In this document: in pieces, positions 38,299 through 46,697 of the stretch
Position numbering within the stretch: position 1 is the first letter of the stretch
Layout: every line of letters starts with the position of its first letter
Virus record (IMG/VR): IMGVR_UViG_3300021431_000076
Span: 96,001 to 160,000 of that record
Length of the DNA stretch: 64,000 nt
Source of the DNA: a virus
Lineage: Duplodnaviria; Caudoviricetes
Strand: one strand, 5' to 3'
Notes under the pieces: generated by a model
What the model saw: the letters and a program-made list of their open reading frames with translations, nothing else
The model's database searches: none
Told to the model about the DNA's origin: nothing
Program-made: the position numbers and the translations under genes

Positions 38299-40665
38299 TT
38301 AGAATTCATATTGTGATATGTCTACACCTTTTAACAAGCTGTATTTATCATCATTGACTTTTCTCATCATCTCTATTTCTTTAGCAATATCTTGAGTAGT
38401 ATATCTCAATAGTTTTCTATGAGCTGGATCAAGAGTGGAGATACCTAATTCTCTTGGATTTAATTCACCTAACCCTTTTGCTCGTTCCATATTCTTTGGT
38501 TCGGCATTTCTTATTTCATGAGTTAATTCATATAATCCTACCTTTTTGCCATTCATTAAATATCTCTTTTCAGACGCATCAATATATGATAACAGTGGGG
38601 TTACATCATTCATGAATTGCTCTGTTAATATAACTGACTGAATACCAGATTCTCCATTATCTGCTAAGCCATTCAGGATAGTAACTCCCTTCTTCTGAGA
38701 TACTTCAAGATATGGATACTTCTTATTGAAATTCTGCTTCATCTTACTGAAACTTAATCCTCTAGAGATTAGAATATCTTCTAACAATATTGGATTGATT
38801 GCTTTGTTATAAGCTATATGTTCCATAAGTCTATCATAATCTTTATATTTATTCATAAATGAACTAAACTCACTAGAAGAGAATTTTTTCTTTGTTCTTA
38901 AATGGCACAACTCATGTTTGGATAAGAAATCTTTTCTAACGTAATCTATTACTGCATCCATATCTATAAAATACTTCCAATTTTTTGTTCCCATATCCAC
39001 ATGATATAATGGAGATAATGCAGTATACACTCTTCCTGCCTCTATTAATGGACGGCAATATATTAATAAGAATTTTAATACAAGTGTACGAATGTGGGCT
39101 CCATCGCTATCTCCGTCAGGGAGAATAATGACCTTCTGGAATGGACATTTAGAAATATCAAAATTCTTTCCATAACCAGATCCTAATATAGATAGAATAC
39201 CTTTAACTTCTTCATTAGCTAAAAATTTTTCTCTACTAGTAGAGAATGCATTAGGCATTTTACCACGTATAGCATATATAGCTTGATATTTAGCATTTCT
39301 TGAAGTTTCACATGGAGAAGATGCTGAAAGACCTTCAACTATAAACAATTCGAGATTATCTTTATTCTCTGCCTTTACATATCCCTTTGGTAACTTAGTA
39401 AAATCACCATTATTATACTTCTTTGCTACATTAGCTCTTTCTTTATCTGCACGAGATCTTGCTAATGCTACATCTTTTAAGAATGCACATACTTTTTGAA
39501 GATCATCTGGATTTTGTTTAGACCATTGTTTTAATGCTTCTACTACTACATCATGCATGAATGGTTCTAAATCTTCATTCTTACATACATTCTTTGCTTG
39601 ACCGTCGAACATTACTTCCATATGACAAGCAGATACTGCTGCTACTAGTCCAGTAGTAACATCTCCATTTGTTGCTTCTAGTTTAGATCTAGTGGTTGCT
39701 AGATATATCTTGTTCATATAGTTCTTAAAGAAGTCTTGTACTCCTCTCATGAATCCTTTAGATGGAGTAGATTCTATTGTATTTACTGGAGTCATATTAG
39801 CAAAAGTAATTACATTAGCACTAGCATTTATATCCTGAGTGAATATCATTGCTATATCTGCTTTCATTACTCCAGTATCTTGGAATATCATAATAGGTTT
39901 AATCATTGGTTTCTTAGTCATTCTCATAAGATATGTAAGAGTACCATCTACATTAGTAAGCTCTTTATGAATAACCAATTCTTTTCCATTTGGTTTTGGT
40001 TTATGACCAATGAAGTCTATCTTAGCACCTTGTTTAAGAAGAGGAACCAAATTCTCTAAGAACATCAATACATCTTCACATCTTATGGTTATATTACCCA
40101 TAATAGAGAAGTCTGGAACAAATCTTACTATGGTTCCATGATCTTGAGATTTATTAGGTCTCTTCTCAGGACCTTTCTTATATTTAGGAAGAGGTTTACC
40201 TTCAGAGAACTCTATAAAACCAGTAACAAATCCATCTTTCTTATTATAGGTATATGACTCTACCTCAAACTTAGATGATACTGCATTAGTACATTTAGCA
40301 CCAACACCATGTAACCCTGAAGGATAATTTCCTTTCTCTTTAGTATAGTTGGTTGATGTATGTTCTCTAGAGAAGATTCTAACCAAATCATCTACAGGAC
40401 ATCCTCGACCATTATCTCTTACTATACATCCTCTAGTTCTCTCATCATATTCAACCCATACTTCTGTAGCAAACCCTCTCTGAATTTCATCAGTACCATT
40501 TTGAATTACTTCTCGAATACCATTCATCCATCCTTCATTTCCTATAGAGGATAGATACTCACCTGGATTTTGTCTTACTGAATCTACAAATAGTTCAATG
40601 GTTTTGATTCCCTTAGTATAGGAATCCATATTATTTAGAAATTCTTTAGATATCTCCTTTTTCAA
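38299..40665 (-). CDS. gyrB: Type IIA topoisomerase B subunit (GyrB/ParE-like)
   Basis: GHKL motifs EVIQNGTDE, DNGRG and GLHGVG; TOPRIM motifs IVEGLSA, RGK, DGDSDG and KGLGE; TTG start. Gyrase versus Topo IV type is not resolved. Confidence 0.92.
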   Translation of the reverse strand: MKKEISKEFLNNMDSYTKGIKTIELFVDSVRQNPGEYLSSIGNEGWMNGIREVIQNGTDEIQRGFATEVWVEYDERTRGCIVRDNGRGCPVDDLVRIFSREHTSTNYTKEKGNYPSGLHGVGAKCTNAVSSKFEVESYTYNKKDGFVTGFIEFSEGKPLPKYKKGPEKRPNKSQDHGTIVRFVPDFSIMGNITIRCEDVLMFLENLVPLLKQGAKIDFIGHKPKPNGKELVIHKELTNVDGTLTYLMRMTKKPMIKPIMIFQDTGVMKADIAMIFTQDINASANVITFANMTPVNTIESTPSKGFMRGVQDFFKNYMNKIYLATTRSKLEATNGDVTTGLVAAVSACHMEVMFDGQAKNVCKNEDLEPFMHDVVVEALKQWSKQNPDDLQKVCAFLKDVALARSRADKERANVAKKYNNGDFTKLPKGYVKAENKDNLELFIVEGLSASSPCETSRNAKYQAIYAIRGKMPNAFSTSREKFLANEEVKGILSILGSGYGKNFDISKCPFQKVIILPDGDSDGAHIRTLVLKFLLIYCRPLIEAGRVYTALSPLYHVDMGTKNWKYFIDMDAVIDYVRKDFLSKHELCHLRTKKKFSSSEFSSFMNKYKDYDRLMEHIAYNKAINPILLEDILISRGLSFSKMKQNFNKKYPYLEVSQKKGVTILNGLADNGESGIQSVILTEQFMNDVTPLLSYIDASEKRYLMNGKKVGLYELTHEIRNAEPKNMERAKGLGELNPRELGISTLDPAHRKLLRYTTQDIAKEIEMMRKVNDDKYSLLKGVDISQYEF

Positions 40666-40816
40666 AACTATTCTCCTTTCTTTAGTCAGAATAACTGAGT
40701 CACCAAGATGTTTATCTGTGTTTTAAAATTTTAAAAAAGAATCACAGAGAGGAATAAATCCTCTCTGTGATAAATACTTGATTCAGATAATGATTAATAA
40801 CGTTAATGAGATTTAC

Positions 40817-41842
40817 TTAGTTTTTTGCAGGTTCCTGCAGATTCGGATTCTTCGGTGCTTCAGGCATCGGAGGAGTCTGAGTATTAGCTACAGAAGGACC
40901 AGGCATAGCTACATTCTGTACAGTCTGAGCTTGCTGAGGCTGCTGTACTACACTGGTAAAATCAGGCTGAACAGTCTGATTCTGTTCTACATAGCCAATG
41001 GGATTAGTACCCATCTGAGCTACACCACCAAGACCATAGGTCTGACCAGCAGGAGCAGTATTAGCTACAGGCTGTTGATTGGGTTGAGGTACATACACGC
41101 CATTCTGCTGTACATACTGAGGCTGATTGAACTGACCCATAGCAGGAGCAGCATATACAGGCTGTTGGTTAGCCGCAAAATACGGATTTACACCACCAGT
41201 CTGAATACCATTGAACATATTGAAATTACCACCCATGCCACCAAGCAGTGCACCAAGAGCACCAAAGGCATTATCAGCACCATACTGCTGGTTTGGATTG
41301 AGCTGATAATAATTGGAAGAGTTTTCGAAATACTTCTTTGCAACCTTCCAAAGCTGAGGTACTTTACCAATAAGACCAGCAATGATATAGATCTCTTTGA
41401 GAGCCAGAGGTACATTGCCATAATAAGTCTTAATGGACTGGAAGAGGTCAAGGAAGTCACCACAAATACGCTCTACTTCTTCATCAGTCGTGTTAAGATC
41501 AAGCAGATTCCACTCTGCACCACAGATATTGCACTTTACACGACCAGTGCCATCTTTTGTTTCTTCAATGGAATAATGACCTTGAGTATCTTTATGAGTA
41601 CAAATAGCGCGAAGATATTCTTCACGAGTTAACCGACCCTGGAAACCTACAGGCTGTTTCTGCAATTCTGCAATCTGTTCTGCAGACAAGAACTGCACAT
41701 TTTGAGATTCAGGAGTTACTACTTGTGCAGGTTGTACAACAGGATTCATCATGGGATTATAAATGGGATTAAACCCACCCATAACTTGTGCCTGCTGAGG
41801 CTGTTGAACTACCGGATTTGGACCAAAGTTGTTGTTAAACAT
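40817..41842 (-). CDS. Q/N/P/G-rich low-complexity protein with central Zn-ribbon-like domain
   Basis: CTH...CNIC motif; low-complexity termini; GC above genome background; own early promoter and terminator. Confidence 0.8.
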   Translation of the reverse strand: MFNNNFGPNPVVQQPQQAQVMGGFNPIYNPMMNPVVQPAQVVTPESQNVQFLSAEQIAELQKQPVGFQGRLTREEYLRAICTHKDTQGHYSIEETKDGTGRVKCNICGAEWNLLDLNTTDEEVERICGDFLDLFQSIKTYYGNVPLALKEIYIIAGLIGKVPQLWKVAKKYFENSSNYYQLNPNQQYGADNAFGALGALLGGMGGNFNMFNGIQTGGVNPYFAANQQPVYAAPAMGQFNQPQYVQQNGVYVPQPNQQPVANTAPAGQTYGLGGVAQMGTNPIGYVEQNQTVQPDFTSVVQQPQQAQTVQNVAMPGPSVANTQTPPMPEAPKNPNLQEPAKN

Positions 41843-41876
41843 AAAAAATTACCTCCATATGATAATTGATTATTAA

Positions 41877-41908
41877 ATCTGGGTATCCGCTTACGCGAAT
41901 ATCCAGAT
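41877..41908 (-). promoter_or_regulatory. 5' leader hairpin of the 41842 mRNA
   Basis: AUCUGGAUAUUCGC-GUAA-GCGGAUACCCAGAU with a GNRA loop, close to the predicted +1. Confidence 0.6.
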
Positions 41909-42044
41909 CTTCACTATAATAGTATATAACTGAAATTTCGAACCCTCTGCAAAATATGTATATTTTGTAGAGCTTCCTTTGGGTTCGAAATTCCAGTGAC
42001 CTAAGTAGGTTACACCTTAGTCTAACCTGTTGTAAATTATAATT

Positions 42045-42608
42045 TTAGAATGCCATTGGATGAACAGTGCTGTTGTATTCATGAATATCCTGATAGTGTC
42101 TGGTTGCCGGATCCTTGCGCTTATCAGTCATAGTCATGTAAGATCTATTTCTTGCTTTTGGAATCTGAATTGCATTATCAGTATCAATATACAGCATTTT
42201 CTTAATAGCAGCTTTCTGAGGATCTGTCATGCCAATAGCATTAGCAAAATTCTCATATGCTTCTTCTGTAAGCTGTACTCTGATATTCTGAATCTCTCCA
42301 TAGTCTACACAAATACATGCACCTGCAATAGTTGGTTTGTTACCAAATGACATTGCTGGAGATGCACCATGGAAAGTAGCATCAGTATTATATACAAATG
42401 CATAGAATACCTCGTTACTATCATCCCAGAAAACTGTGGGATTGTTTGGATTATAGATAACATTTAGAGAGTTATCACAGACTATATGAATCAAAGACTT
42501 AACTGTCTTTGTTGCGTCTGCTGGTGCACAATTCTTATCCTTATTATAAAGGGTAAATGTAGCTTGTTCACATTTCTGTCTTAATAATTGTACGGTAGCT
42601 GTTTCCAT
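42045..42608 (-). CDS. Hypothetical protein
   Basis: SD AAGGAGG; late motif at 42650-42662. Confidence 0.75.
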   Translation of the reverse strand: METATVQLLRQKCEQATFTLYNKDKNCAPADATKTVKSLIHIVCDNSLNVIYNPNNPTVFWDDSNEVFYAFVYNTDATFHGASPAMSFGNKPTIAGACICVDYGEIQNIRVQLTEEAYENFANAIGMTDPQKAAIKKMLYIDTDNAIQIPKARNRSYMTMTDKRKDPATRHYQDIHEYNSTVHPMAF

Positions 42609-42684
42609 AAATTAAAATCCTCCTTAAGAATGAGAGTATTCATAAATGATTATTAAACTGTTTATGAGATACTCTCTTATTCTA

Positions 42685-43224
42685 TCAAAGGATTAAATTC
42701 TTTGCACCCTTCATAAATGGATTTCCATTAAGCTGAATAGATATAGTGACTAAGAACTGAGGATTGCACATCTCAGGATGTATAAATCCATCAGGACCCA
42801 TACCAGAATCTCTATATTTTACTATACCTTCCATTATAGTGGAATATGCTATATATTTAAGCTCAGCTTTTTGCATAACAGATCCAAATACAGGATTTGC
42901 TAATATAGGTCTAGTATCAGGATCTTGTGGTCTATTAGCAGCAAATCTTAATGCATCTCTACATGCTAAAGTTTCTAATACTTTATTTTGAAGATCATTT
43001 ATAGCTTCTTGAACTATTCTAGGATCTCCTATAAAATATTGATAATACTTATTCTGCTGAAGATTACCAAATGCTAAATCTAAGTATAATACTTTTAACT
43101 TAGCCTGTATATCAGCAGTAGATGCTTTAGCAGTACATGTAGGGCCATTAGCACTTAGAAAGTGCTCAAAGAATTTACTAGGTCTGAGTTTCTTGTTTAA
43201 TGTAGAAGCTTTTAGTGCTCTCAT
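42685..43224 (-). CDS. Hypothetical protein
   Basis: Coupled to the upstream ORF by a 1-nt gap. Confidence 0.75.
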   Translation of the reverse strand: MRALKASTLNKKLRPSKFFEHFLSANGPTCTAKASTADIQAKLKVLYLDLAFGNLQQNKYYQYFIGDPRIVQEAINDLQNKVLETLACRDALRFAANRPQDPDTRPILANPVFGSVMQKAELKYIAYSTIMEGIVKYRDSGMGPDGFIHPEMCNPQFLVTISIQLNGNPFMKGAKNLIL

Positions 43225-43225
43225 T

Positions 43226-43657
43226 TTACTTTACCCCTTTATTGATTTCTTTGTTATACAACAGATTCAAATCCAAATCAGGATAGAGGTCAGAAGCATA
43301 TGCATCCAAATCATCTACTGTGAAATTGGTATGAACTTTACCACTTTCAATACAGTGTCTCATAAAGCTATATACACTAACTTCTTCACCAAGATGGATA
43401 TGACCAGTCATAACATAAGAATTGACAATATCAATTCCCATACATTCTCCTTCAAGATATCCAAATGCTCCATCTCTCCCTCTTATAGATATCCAACGAC
43501 CTTCATGACAATCATCATCTCCAGGATTGTCTACATCAGTCATTAAGATAAGATATGGTTTAGATTCAATCATATCAATATCTTCAAACTGATTAGTGTT
43601 CGGATTGATGAACTGAACAACAGATTTGAAAGCTTCGACAGGTTTGTGTAATGGCAT
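43226..43657 (-). CDS. Hypothetical acidic protein
   Basis: SD GGGAGG; early motif at 43746-43753; structured leader. Confidence 0.75.
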   Translation of the reverse strand: MPLHKPVEAFKSVVQFINPNTNQFEDIDMIESKPYLILMTDVDNPGDDDCHEGRWISIRGRDGAFGYLEGECMGIDIVNSYVMTGHIHLGEEVSVYSFMRHCIESGKVHTNFTVDDLDAYASDLYPDLDLNLLYNKEINKGVK

Positions 43658-43801
43658 GGTAATTCCTCCCTAATAATAAAAAACATTTAATTTACCATGA
43701 GTTTAATAGTGATGAGCATTAGCTCATCACTAATCACTCATATGTATAGTATATGTCTAAATTTTAGTTTACTTTTACAAATAACAGTACTAATATATAA
43801 T

Positions 43802-43926
43802 GAAGAATAGGGTTGCCTCCATTAATACGGTTTGCTCATCCGTGGTCATATCCTTTCTGATAATTGATTGTTATACATGCGTCTATTTTCCTATTCTTCT
43901 CCCATAGGTCATGGATGGCCTATGGG
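43802..43926 (+). ncRNA. Candidate trans-acting sRNA with two anti-RBS seeds
   Basis: Late-type motif at 43788-43800; closing stem GAAGAAUAGG/CCUAUUCUUC; seeds contain CCUCC and UCCUUUC; 3' hairpin 43901-43926 has a G-U pair that forms only on the plus strand. Confidence 0.55.
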
Positions 43927-43938
43927 ATACTCATTGTC

Positions 43939-45198
43939 TTATACAGATCTACCATTGATAGATACTACAGATTTAAGAATAGGAACTTGTATACCAAGAG
44001 AAGGAATAACATAGATGCACTTCTGTCTGAATCTAGTAATGCCTGTATAGTTCAATCTTCTATTTACATCATATCCACCACCAAAGTATTCTTGGAAATA
44101 GATTCCATTGAAATACTGACTACCCTGAGAGATATGAGTAGTTATAGCATAGCCAAATTCAAACTTCTCTCCATCTGGTCTATATAGAGCATTACCAAAC
44201 TCTTTCATACATTTTCTAGTCTTATTATCAGCTACGAAATATGGATAGTCACATTCTATATTTCTAAATGTAAGAGAAGGAAACAAGTCTGGTATAAAGT
44301 CCATCTTAAATAGACCTTTCTTAGTAAATGTAGCTATACTAGGCATACTGGCAACTACACCAGATAATCCATTGGTTAGATTTACTCCTTCTAATTCAAT
44401 ATCCCAGTTATTCTTTCTACATATTACTCTTTCTCCTAGCTCAGGTAAGATACCATGTTTTCCTAGAATATCTTTTCTGATATGAAAGTTATAATAATCT
44501 CTGGTCTTATTCAATCCACAGATTATGATTCTATACTTAGGGATTATATGATTCTCATACTTCTCAAACATATCTCTAGGTAAGACTATCACATCATTAA
44601 AATCTCCAGGAGGTATATCCTCACCATGTAGAATTCTTTGAGAGAATTCTACTATGGCAGAATATTGTGCTTGTCTCATTATCTTAGTGAGATAATGTAT
44701 CTTAGAAGGATCTGTAAGAAATAACTCTTTATCCTTTACTGGAGGAAGCTGATTTAGATCTCCACAGACTAATACTTTTATACCAGTTCTAAATATATCA
44801 TTACCCATATGAAAAGGAACCATAGATCCTTCATCAATACAGATCAGTTTGATTACATCACTATTCAAACCAGTATAGATATATCTAAGTCTTTTTCTAC
44901 TTTCTCCAGTATATGGATCAGTTACAGTTTCTTCTATTGGTGTATAGAGAGATGAATGGATAGTTCTAGCATTTACAAAACCATTTATCTTCATAACAGT
45001 TGTAGCAGAACCTGTATATGCCATAGCAGCATATTCCCATTCATCTAACCCTAATGCATCTATGATAGCATGCATAACCAAAGACTTACCAGCACCAGCA
45101 GGACCACTATATTCAAATACTTGATCACTGCTATTATAGAACCATGAGACAGCATCTTTTATGATATTCTGTTGTTCATCAGTAAGTTCTATATTCAT
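43939..45198 (-). CDS. SF1B helicase (Dda/RecD-like)
   Basis: GPAGAGKS, IDEGSM, GDLNQLPPV, YAITTHISQGS and YTGITR motifs. Confidence 0.9.
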   Translation of the reverse strand: MNIELTDEQQNIIKDAVSWFYNSSDQVFEYSGPAGAGKSLVMHAIIDALGLDEWEYAAMAYTGSATTVMKINGFVNARTIHSSLYTPIEETVTDPYTGESRKRLRYIYTGLNSDVIKLICIDEGSMVPFHMGNDIFRTGIKVLVCGDLNQLPPVKDKELFLTDPSKIHYLTKIMRQAQYSAIVEFSQRILHGEDIPPGDFNDVIVLPRDMFEKYENHIIPKYRIIICGLNKTRDYYNFHIRKDILGKHGILPELGERVICRKNNWDIELEGVNLTNGLSGVVASMPSIATFTKKGLFKMDFIPDLFPSLTFRNIECDYPYFVADNKTRKCMKEFGNALYRPDGEKFEFGYAITTHISQGSQYFNGIYFQEYFGGGYDVNRRLNYTGITRFRQKCIYVIPSLGIQVPILKSVVSINGRSV

Positions 45199-45752
45199 TT
45201 ATTATTTGCCTCAAACCATTCTTTCTCAAATACGTCATACTGATTTAGTACATCATCTATCATTTTATCAGTCATAGATTCTAGTCTCATAAAAGCTTCA
45301 AGATACTTAGTAGAATCCTTATAATGATTCTTAGTAACTATTCTAGCTCCATTACCATAAAGAATAGCTATATATCCATATGTATCTGTTCTAGGAATCT
45401 CTGTAGTAGAAGCTGCAAAGATTTGTGTAGCTACTATCTCTGGATGTACTTCTTCTACATATTTCTTAAATAACTCTTCCATAATGATTGGATTATTGTA
45501 TGGGTCAAATACTAAATCATTAGAATGGACTATACCCATATTAGTATATCTCAATACCTTTCCTTTAATCATTATATAGTCAGGTTCTAATGGATTATCT
45601 TCTGTATCTACTATATATCCTTCAGAATCATACTCTAATCCAGTTATTCTAAGTACATCATTAATGAAACTATCTGATAACTCAGGATTAGTGCATAGCT
45701 TAGATTTAATGTTAGTAAGGGATTGGATTTTGGGTTTCTTTTGTCTTGGCAT
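45195..45752 (-). CDS. Hypothetical protein
   Basis: SD AGGAGGAG; early motif at 45780-45787. Confidence 0.75.
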   Translation of the reverse strand: MPRQKKPKIQSLTNIKSKLCTNPELSDSFINDVLRITGLEYDSEGYIVDTEDNPLEPDYIMIKGKVLRYTNMGIVHSNDLVFDPYNNPIIMEELFKKYVEEVHPEIVATQIFAASTTEIPRTDTYGYIAILYGNGARIVTKNHYKDSTKYLEAFMRLESMTDKMIDDVLNQYDVFEKEWFEANNK

Positions 45753-45839
45753 TTGGAACTCCTCCTAATACTTTTAAATATAATATATCTCCAGATTTCT
45801 TATTCCTCTGACAAAGGGATAATGAAAGGGGAGATATAA

Positions 45840-46184
45840 ATGGCTAATATTGAGAATACTACCACTACAGAAATAGCTATTCTTATGGATGACCATGTAG
45901 ATAAATATCATCCAGGAATACAAGCTTTTAAATTACAATCTGTAAATGGTTTACAAAATACAACAAGAGAACAACAAACATTCTCTGTTAATATACCTAA
46001 TCTTATGAATAAAGATCCTATAAACATTGGTAAGATAAACACCTCTTCCATAGTTAAGATTAAACTTCCTAGAGAAGTTACTAGAGATTATCCTAAGAAG
46101 TATATTCCAGTAGGGACTAGATTCATAGTAACATTTAATTCTGGTGATATAACCAAACCAGTAATAGTAGGGAGAGAAGAGTAA
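45840..46184 (+). CDS. Baseplate spike OB-fold-like protein (gp5/gpV N-domain-like)
   Basis: C-terminal IPVGTRFIVTFNSGDITKPVIVG motif; late motif at 45810-45822. Confidence 0.55.
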   Translation: MANIENTTTTEIAILMDDHVDKYHPGIQAFKLQSVNGLQNTTREQQTFSVNIPNLMNKDPINIGKINTSSIVKIKLPREVTRDYPKKYIPVGTRFIVTFNSGDITKPVIVGREE

Positions 46185-46666
46185 TGGCAGTTTATAATGC
46201 AGATATAAAAATTCCTTCAGATGCACATACTATAAAAGAATTTGTAGAAGTAGGTAATCAAAATAGAGCAAAGATAGGATATTCTGATTTGTCATATATA
46301 GAGAAAAGAGATGGAATGGAATATATAGTAAAGAATACTATTAATGATTATCTTTGGGAATTTAAAAGATATGCTAATACTGTGATCTTATCTAGTGATG
46401 AGGTATTAACTTATAGATATAATCCAAAGAAGTTAGCATTTGATATATATGGTTCTACTAGACTTTATTATATAATTCTTCTTATGAATGATATGTGCGA
46501 TGTTCATCAATTTAATTTAAAGAATAAAACTCTTCTTCTACTATCTCCTACACAATTATCTGACTATCTTTCTAGTGTATATAAAGCAGATATGAACTCT
46601 ATTGCTAAATTTAATAAAGCTCATGAAAATGATGTAGTTTATAGACCGATACTTCCATATAAATAA
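46184..46666 (+). CDS. Baseplate wedge protein, T4 gp53/LysM-like
   Basis: YRYNPKKLAFDIYGSTRLYYIILLMN motif. Confidence 0.65.
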   Translation: MAVYNADIKIPSDAHTIKEFVEVGNQNRAKIGYSDLSYIEKRDGMEYIVKNTINDYLWEFKRYANTVILSSDEVLTYRYNPKKLAFDIYGSTRLYYIILLMNDMCDVHQFNLKNKTLLLLSPTQLSDYLSSVYKADMNSIAKFNKAHENDVVYRPILPYK

Positions 46667-46668
46667 TA

Positions 46669-46694
46669 AGTAGTATGGGGAAACCCATACTACT
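46669..46694. terminator. Bidirectional terminator
   Basis: 11-bp stem with GAAA loop between convergent genes. Confidence 0.8.
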
Positions 46695-46697
46695 ATA

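Noticed and set aside
40778-41632. 284-aa plus-strand ORF opposite the Gln-rich gene
   Set aside because: Antisense shadow of a codon-biased gene; no SD or promoter, and implausible composition.
43864-44187. 107-aa plus-strand ORF overlapping the candidate sRNA and the helicase
   Set aside because: TTG start without SD, mostly antisense to the helicase, and it runs through the 3' hairpin.
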